64,000 bases of DNA, taken from the NCBI RefSeq assembly GCF_009914755.1, contig NC_060931.1; one strand, given 5' to 3'. The notes beneath the pieces are model-generated. The model saw only the letters and a list, made by a program, of their open reading frames with translations. It did not search any database and was not told the DNA's origin. How positions within the stretch are numbered: the stretch's first letter is position 1; the number at the start of each line of letters is the position of its first letter. This document shows, one piece after another, positions 56,021-64,000 of this stretch. The translations under genes and the position numbers were made by a program. This DNA is from the human T2T-CHM13v2.0 reference genome, Homo sapiens.

Positions 56021-59000
56021 AACCAGTCTTTACCTTTTCTCTTTTGGGTTGCAGGCCATTTCAAGGACCCAGGTGTCTGGCATAGGATGAGTGTATGGTT
56101 AGACAGCACCAGAGTGGAAATAGGGGAACATCAGTGGCATCCCAGCCTCCATGTCAGCCTTGAGCCCACACTAAGAGACACACAGAAGCATAGAGTGACT
56201 GCTGGTGACTGCTCAGAGTAGACATGACCCTGGTTTTTGGCCCAGAGCAGCACCAGCTTCCAGAGCAAATCATGGAGTGAATTATCCAACAGCTTTGTTT
56301 TGTTTATTATTGCATTGTTTTGCTGTGTGGACAGACAGGAATCTTGACCCTCCAGATACCTGGGTAATGTTCCTATAACCACCCAGGTCATTTTTGGGTC
56401 AGGCAGCCCACATTCAATTCTTTTCATCTTTTTCCATCAGTCAATCCTTAATTATTTTTATTGCTTTTCTCTGAACTCTCATCAATTTGCTGGCATATCA
56501 CTTTTCGGGTGGTGAGATACCAGAAGTGTTCTTCAGAGAAATTATAATCTCCTGTGCATGATGTAATGCTTTGGCTTAGGCAGTTGAAAATCACAGCAGC
56601 AATTTCAGCTGCTATTGGTATCATAACCCGCGATCAATTTGGTCGTCTCCAATTAACTTGACTTTTTTTTTCAGTGAAGGTAAGTACATGGCTCAAAGTC
56701 AATATAATTTATATCTGAACTATTCCAAGGATATGTATATATGTATGTGTGTGTGTATTAAAAGCAAAAAAAAAATGAAGCAAGTTCAGGAAGCAAAAAA
56801 GAATGTCTGGTCTTTGCTCATTACTGATCACCCCCGATGTGCCAGACCCCAGCTGCTAACTAAGCTCAAGAAGAATCTTATCTTGAAATGTTTAGGACAT
56901 TTTAAACATTTTCTTCATTAAAAATTACTCTTGTTTTCCTTGACACCCTTTAATGATTACATTTTTACTCTCATGTTCCTATTTGTAGATTGAGAGCTTT
57001 CTCTTCTAGTAACAGTGACCCACTGTGACTCAGGTTATAACTATCTGTGGCTTGATTATTTTGAAGTTAATTATGCTTTGGCATGAATAATTACATTAAG
57101 CAGGTTATATTAGAATACTCACCATGTAATATTCTTTTCTCATAAGTAAAAATGGAAGACTGAGTTAACTTGGAGTTGAAAGAAATTAATTTGAACAATT
57201 TGCCGTCCCTCAGATTTAAGCCACTTTGGTTACTTCTTTTTTCCAAGTTGACTCATTTTTTTCAAGTCTATTTGTCTTTAGAGCAGCTCTCTTTTCTTTT
57301 CTTTTCTTTTGTTTTTCTTTCTTTCTTTATTTCTTTTTTAACCTTGTATTATTTGCACAAAGATGGCGGTGTGAGTATTAGTTCCAAAATGATGGCATTG
57401 TCTCATGACAATCACAGATGCAGTTTTAAAGTTCTGGTATTTAGCACGTAATAAAAAACACCAGGAACACACAGCTTCTCTGTGAGGGATGGCTCACTGG
57501 TGTACAGAGTTGAATCACACAGAGCTGGATCTGGTCACCCATCGTTTCTTGTCCAGATAGTGGCTTTGAAATGGCCTCTCAGAAAGTCAGAGATGACCTC
57601 AGGCCTGTCCACAGCTCCAGCAGCTGTTTCCTGCCTCCCAGCCATCTCATGATGGGATGCAGATCTAGTTGATGTTTTCAGCCCGCACGGATCACTTCCT
57701 TTTGTAATTTAGACCCATGAAGGCCTTCTCAAATGGTTTTGTTCACGGTGTAAGAAGTCATTTTCTTCCAAGAATCTACCTATGTTTCAGAGTTGGCCTC
57801 ATTTTCTGCAAGGTCAGCTTTACCTGGGGGTGGCAGAGAGATGATTCAGGATGTGGATTTCATTAGTGCATTTTGTTTAAAAATGAATACAGATCACGTT
57901 CTTTGATGTGTGTCTTTAGTTGAAAACACCACCACCACCACCGTCACCAAATGCTACCCTAAAAACTTCTCTGTAAAGTCATGACAATATCCTCTTCTTG
58001 CAACTCCCCTGACTTTGTGTCTTTCTGTAATATACAGTATAATTTATAAAAGTGTGAGCAACTGTGGAATTGTTCTCCTAATAGATTCTGAAGATTCCAA
58101 TTTCCATTCTGCCACACAAGACTGAAAATCCACTTGTGCTCACTTATCTGTATCTGTACCTCATCCCCACGCTGCATCAAAAATCAGGTTCAGGTGCAGG
58201 TTAAGAGCACGCATTTACCTCCAGAATATGGGACTTATTAAATATCTCTCCACAATTAACATCACCGTATCAATAAGAATTATCATTAGGTCCTGTCAAT
58301 CAGGTGCTGAATTTTGCTTCAGGGAAACAAAACAATTTAAATTATAGCAAGTGCTCCCCTTCTTTTTTACTTGCTTCTCTTTAAATTGGATAATTATGTG
58401 GCTTTTCATTAGATTCCTCTAAGCATAATAGATCACGATATTCACCCTTTGACCTTGGTGATGAATGTCTCTGGTGAAAACATGTGACAAGCAGTGTTCT
58501 AATGAGAACAAAATACTGGATAACTGGAAATCTTGTATAATGAAAGGAGGAAGCAGGAGGGAAACATAACCTTTAAGGTTGATGCACAAAATATATTTGT
58601 AATGAGGCAATAATATGGGCTGGGGAGAAAAGGGGCTAGTTTTGTTTCTAATAATGTGGATGGAAATGATGATTTTTCTCCTTTGGAATGTGAAAAACAA
58701 TGGAGAAACAGACATTTCAGGAAAGCTGTGCATCAGAAAATTCTGATCTCAACTGAATTGTAAGCACAGATGGAATGAATCTGCTGGCCTAAGTGGGGAT
58801 TCAAATGACTCGCTGCGACTTGGAACACCTGCACATGGCAGTGTGAGGGTACCTCTCATTTTATTGCTTTCTTTATGGGAGTTCCAAATGTAAGGACAGC
58901 TTAAAAAGGAAACAATTTGGTCTCAGGGGATCTATAATTGTATTGGGGCTGTCAAGAAAGGACAAGGGAGGCAATGGGACACCCCCAGTACTTTCCAACC

Positions 59001-61319
59001 TCCCTCTCTTGGTTAGTCCCTGAACAACCTGCCTTGTTGGAGCTGGGACACCACCTACATCTTCAAAGTCCTCTTTCTGTGGTGTGAAGAGAGGTTGGGG
59101 CATCCTAAAGGTGGCCCTGAAATGTAGCCGGAGGTCAGGGAAAAGCCAATGACCTCTAGCTTCTTCTTCTTGGTTCCTCTCCCAACCCCCTGCACACCTG
59201 GATTTCCTGGATGGCTACTTATTGGGCTGACCCAGGCACAGCTTTGCTCCTTGTGGTGATGGATGGGGGATTTCCCATCAAATCAGCCCTTGGTACTGTG
59301 ATTTGCTCTGGAGTTATGGAGACAGGTAGTTTGCTTCTTTTAGATTTCTTAGATGCTTCTCTGTCCATTTAGGATATACAGCACAAGGGTAGCCCATTGT
59401 AAAGCCATTCATCAAGGGTATGGATTTGCTGTATCATCTAAGGACATGGGTTTGTGGCAGGAGCTACTTGTTAAATGCACAGGCTAGGCTGTGCTTGTTT
59501 TAGAGTGGAAGAAAGAGAGCTGGAAACCACCACTTATTCGGCACCCATTTTGTGCCAAGCACTCGCCCAGGCTCTTGATACATGCTCTCTGATTGAATTC
59601 TTCCATCAAACCTTAGCCTACTTTATGATTTGGAAAATGGCCCAACCTGACTCAGAATGACCTGACAGCAAAGCTGGGGTTTAATTGCAGGTTGGCCTGA
59701 CTCCTAAGAACATGTTCTGTAGGTTAAAGGTAGCACAGAATGTAACACTTTTACCGTCTCCCAAGAACCATGCCTTTACTGTAACGTTATCCCCAGCTTA
59801 CCTTTCCAGGTCTTGATGGAATCGATTTGGATTATTTGGACTTAATATTATTACCATCAATCTTGCTAGTTGTACAGTTTATTTTGTTTAACAGAAGACA
59901 TGCAAGAGAAGAAACAGCTGCCTCTATAAGTTGATTTCTTCCGGTGAATTCCAGTTTGGAGGAAGAATTTGCAGGGAATGATGTATGTGCTTACAAAGGA
60001 TTAAGAAACTAACCAGGCTCAAAACCATGGTTCCCTTTGTTTATCTGCAGATCTGTCCTGTTTAAGGTAAAATTCACCCTGGGCCCTCGCCCCTGACCTC
60101 CACCAGGTGACTTTTCATGGAGACATTCTCACTGCCAGCAATCCTTCAACTCTTTCCACAGAAGTCTGCCAGGAAGAGAAATGTCCAAAGTCCATTTTGA
60201 GCTCTCAGCCTGGGATTTAGCTGCAATTTTTCATGGACACTGGGCAATTACTGGCATACGAAGCCAAGGAGAAGCAAGAGAGGGAAGGCCCTGCTTCTCT
60301 AGTGAGATCATCATCTTTGCATCAGTCACTGTTAGAGACATCTCTGGTTTCTGTTCCCAGCCTAACTGCACAGAAAAGAGATATTCTAGCTTCTCCCTAG
60401 TTACGCATATGTGGAGAAAACTGAAAAAGATGGGTAATCATGGTTGTTGTAAGTACTTGGGGGCTCCAGAAGGTGTCCCTAAGAACTCCATAAAGAGGGG
60501 CTGTTGTTTCTCTGAGATTTAAACCTTTAGCACAAAATGGATCACAGTGCAGCTGCTGGAAGTCATCCGAAGGAGCTGAAAATTTTCCAAGCCCACACCC
60601 TCAATTGCAACTTGTTTGAGCAATTTTATTAGCAAATCTAAAGAAATAATGCTTTGATCAGAAAGGAGAGGGTTTACTCAGCATGGAAGCAGGACAAAAA
60701 AAGGGACTCAAAGGCAAATGTTAGCAGGGACTGCCCAAACCTTGTCCAAAAGAGAAGGAGCTGAAGTCAATCGACGGGTAATTTCTAGGCCTCTTGAAAG
60801 ATGCATCTCCAATACGGTGTCAGAAATCATAGATATCACAAGTCTGTAATCAACAGATTTCAAGGATTCAGGTCCCCTTTGGGAAGAACATCCCATCCTA
60901 TCATGGTGCCACTTAAACACTTAGTTTTCCTGTCTCAATTCAATGTTCACCAAACCTTGTCTTCAGGTTGCCTTGTTGCTGCTGAACATTTGCCAACAGA
61001 AAGTAGACAGGATGCTGACACTGTTGTAGACCATCTCTGATAGTGATTTCTTATTAAAAATGTCAATGCTGTGTTTTGATCTTATACATACATGCTGTGC
61101 TTCTGAGGTGTACCCATGAAAAGCTGGGCCAATTCTTACCAGTTGTCACCCTGCTGACAAGTGCAGGGTGCCGAGCCTTTGACTTAGAGCTGAATGCCAG
61201 CCCTGGACAGTGGGAACACAGCAAGCTGGTGCCTGCTAAGGAGGCTTCCCACAGAAAAGCTGCTGCTGCTTCACCTCAGCGTATACCTTGACACAGTTGC
61301 TATCCTGAAAGCGGTTTTT

Positions 61320-61820
61320 TCTTACCATTTTAACTAGTTTTAAGTGACCAGTTGAGCGGCATTAAGCACATTCACATTATTGTGCAACCGTCACCACCAG
61401 CCATCTCCAGAACTTCCTCCTTCTCCAGAACATTCTCCCAAATGGAAACCCTGCACCATTCAACAACTCCTTGTTGTCCCCTCCCCACAGCTTCTGGTTG
61501 CCACCATTCTACTTCCTCTATGAACTTGACTATTCTAGGTACTTTATATAAGTGAAACCATACAATGTTTGTCCGTTCGTGTGGGGTGTATTTCATGTCG
61601 CATAATGTCTTATGGTTCATCATGTCATGGCATGTGTCAGAGTTTCCCTCTGTTTTAAGGTTGAATAATACTTTGTTGAATGTATAAACCACATTTTGTT
61701 CATCTATTTGCTGATAGACACTTAGATTATTTCCACCTTTTCGTTGTTGTGAATAATGCTGCTGTGATATGGGTATACAAATACCTGTTCAAGTCCCTGC
61801 TTTCCATTCTTTTGAGTATG
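61320..61820 (-). mobile_element. L1MB-type 3' fragment
   Basis: GGCATTAAGCACATTCACATTATTGTGCAACC, TGACTATTCTAGGTAC, TTTTAAGGTTGAATAATA. Confidence 0.85.
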
Positions 61821-62771
61821 AGAGAAAGAATTTTAAATCTCTGCAGTAGTAATACTTGATCTTCTCATAGTGTGCTATGGTTTGTGAGGCCTGTAACATA
61901 TTTATCTGGTCCTGTGAAGTAGATTGGTAGGTGGGTAGACAGGGCTATTGCCTTCATTTTGCTGAAGGAAAATTGAGATGTAAAGAGGTCAAGGGGGGAG
62001 CCTAGATCCAAAAGCTGGCTTTCTAACCACCAGCCAAGGGCTCTCTTCACCACCAAGCCAACTCTCAGGGCAGCAGCAATGTGTACCTTATTAACCGCTG
62101 CACCCCAGGTCCTAGCACAGGGCTGGTCCATAACAGGCGCCCAATAAACATGTGTCATAATCTAACTTGGAAGAAAATGCAGTGAATATCTTTCATTTTC
62201 ATGGTACAAAGGAAAGTACCTCATGCCTATTTAAAATATTATACTGAAGTGTGACATGTGCATTCTGTATTCGCTATATCCTATACCCATCATTTAAAGT
62301 TGCTCCCAAAGTAAGTCATTTGGCTTTCCAACAAGGACATTATTTCATTTTATGGAAACTGGGAGAGATGTTTTGTCTTCTGAAGTATCTGGAGATTTCT
62401 TCTTCATTCCCAGACTCTTTCATCATCAAAACTACACAGCTTCTCACGGTCACTTACTTTGTTAAATTTGTAGTTTAAAATGAACATAAGGAAAACTACT
62501 TCTCCAACAAAGGATGCAGAGTTCCTGTTGTGCTCAACTCTGCCAGATCGTGGGCTTATTGACAATAGGTTTGGAAGAGCCTGGGAACAACCACATCCAA
62601 TATACCTTTGGGATAATTCCATCCGCTATGTATCTTTCTCACCCTTGTGATGGTTTGAGAGGCAGAGGTACCTACACAGACTAAGTTGAGCTCCAGAGGT
62701 AGAGCCTGGCATTTCTGAACTCTTGAAGAGGTCCGTGACCTGAATCAGCATCCTGATTTAAAAGCAGTAAC

Positions 62772-63478
62772 CAGTAACACAAAGGATAAATGCTTGACAG
62801 GATGGAGACCCCATTTTCTTTTTATTTTTAATTTTATTATTATTATACTTTAAGTTTTAGGGTACATATGCACAATGTGCAGGTTTGTTACAAATGTATA
62901 CATGTGCCATGTTGGTGTGCTGCACCCATTAACTCGTCATTTAGCATTAGGTATATCTCCTAATGCTATCCCTCCCCCCTCCCCCCACCCCACAACAGTC
63001 CCCGGTGTGTGATGTTCCCCTTCCTGTGTCCACTGAACAATGTCTCATTGTTCAGTTCCCACCTATGAGTGAGAACATGTGGTGTTTGGTTTTTTGTCCT
63101 TGCGATAGTTTGCTGAGAATGATGGTTTCCAGCTTCATCCATGTCCCTACAAAGGACATGAACTTATCATTTTTTATGGCTGCATAGTATTACATGGTGT
63201 ATATGTGCCATATTTTCTTAATCCAGTCTATCATTGTTGGACATTTGGGTTGGTTCCAAGTCTTTGCTATTGTGAATAGTGCTGCAATAAACATACGTGT
63301 GCATGTGTCTTTATAGCAGCATGATTTATAATCCTTTGGGTATATACACAGTAATGGGATGGCTGGGGGAGACCCCATTTTCTATGATGTGATTATTACA
63401 CATTTTGTGCCTGTGTCAACGCATCTCATATACCCCATAAATATATACACCTACTATGTACTCACAAAAATTAAAGAT
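62772..63478 (+). mobile_element. L1MA-type 3' end, split by a younger antisense L1PA
   Basis: GTAACACAAAGGATAAATGCTTGA...CCCCATTTTCTATGATGTGATTATTAC...ATACCCCATAAATATATACACCTACTATGTAC. Confidence 0.85.
62820..63367 (-). mobile_element. 5'-truncated L1PA (ORF2 end and 3' UTR)
   Basis: ORF track peptide YPKDYKSCCYKDTCTRMFIAALFTIAKTWNQPKCP is L1 ORF2p; perfect 16-bp TSD ggagaccccattttct (62804-62819, 63368-63383). Confidence 0.97.
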
Positions 63479-64000
63479 AATAAATGCAGTGATAATAAAT
63501 GCGCAGAGAACTTGAACTATCTAGTGGAGCTTGTGACTTACCCAAGGTCACATAGCCAGTTAGGGCTTCCTTAAAAGTCTTTTTAGTAGTTTTTAACCTT
63601 AGAAGCAGAAGTGGGTGATGGCAGACAGAAACCAAAAGTCATGTAAATTTTATGTGTTTATAAGAATGTATTGGGGTGAGGAGATAGAGATGGACAAGGA
63701 CTAGGATAGTGGTAACTGGACAAAGACCCCCTCCCACTGGACACTCTACCCTCTTCCCTGACCTCCTTCCAGAAAGGTATCGTGGAATGTTCACAGGTAT
63801 TTTGCTGAATTAAACATTCCAGGAAACACTGGTATAGACAATTTGTAATTCATTGCATAATTACTGGAATTCATTGGATAGCAACCAACTCTCCAAGGCA
63901 TTGTTCTCAGTACAGACCTGGCCTGAGTATCCTCCAAATCTGAACTTTTAGAGATGAATCCAAATCAATAGAGAGCAGAGTCATAGAGAGTTACTGTCAG

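Noticed and set aside
56400-56650. Possible CR1/L3 remnant
   Set aside because: Resemblance too faint to support without an HMM search.

Overview
This window is primate (most likely human) non-coding genomic DNA, not microbial. It is AT-rich and CpG-depleted. It carries about 18 Alu/FLAM SINEs (AluJ to AluY), young and old L1 fragments, MaLR/ERVL solo LTRs (THE1, MST, MLT1, LTR16-like), DNA-transposon fossils (Tigger3, MER44, MER3, MER94) and many MIR/L2 remnants. I can support no protein-coding gene, RNA gene or CRISPR array, and I cannot name the locus. The supplied ORFs are Alu or L1 translations or chance ORFs. I found no convincing novel multi-gene system. The most notable items are: a probable ancient Gypsy-type pol (RT) fossil at about 5.4-6.1 kb; a head-to-head Tigger3 pair forming a 2.9-kb fold-back; several palindromes or inverted repeats not explained by common TEs (1-80, 26.6 kb, 27.2 kb, 38.3 kb); a minus-strand candidate exon at 41.0-41.2 kb; a candidate UGC-type microexon at 57.36 kb; and repeat-poor, motif-rich candidate enhancers. 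Repeat subfamily names come from my memory of consensus sequences and need RepeatMasker/Dfam confirmation. Boundaries of old elements are approximate.
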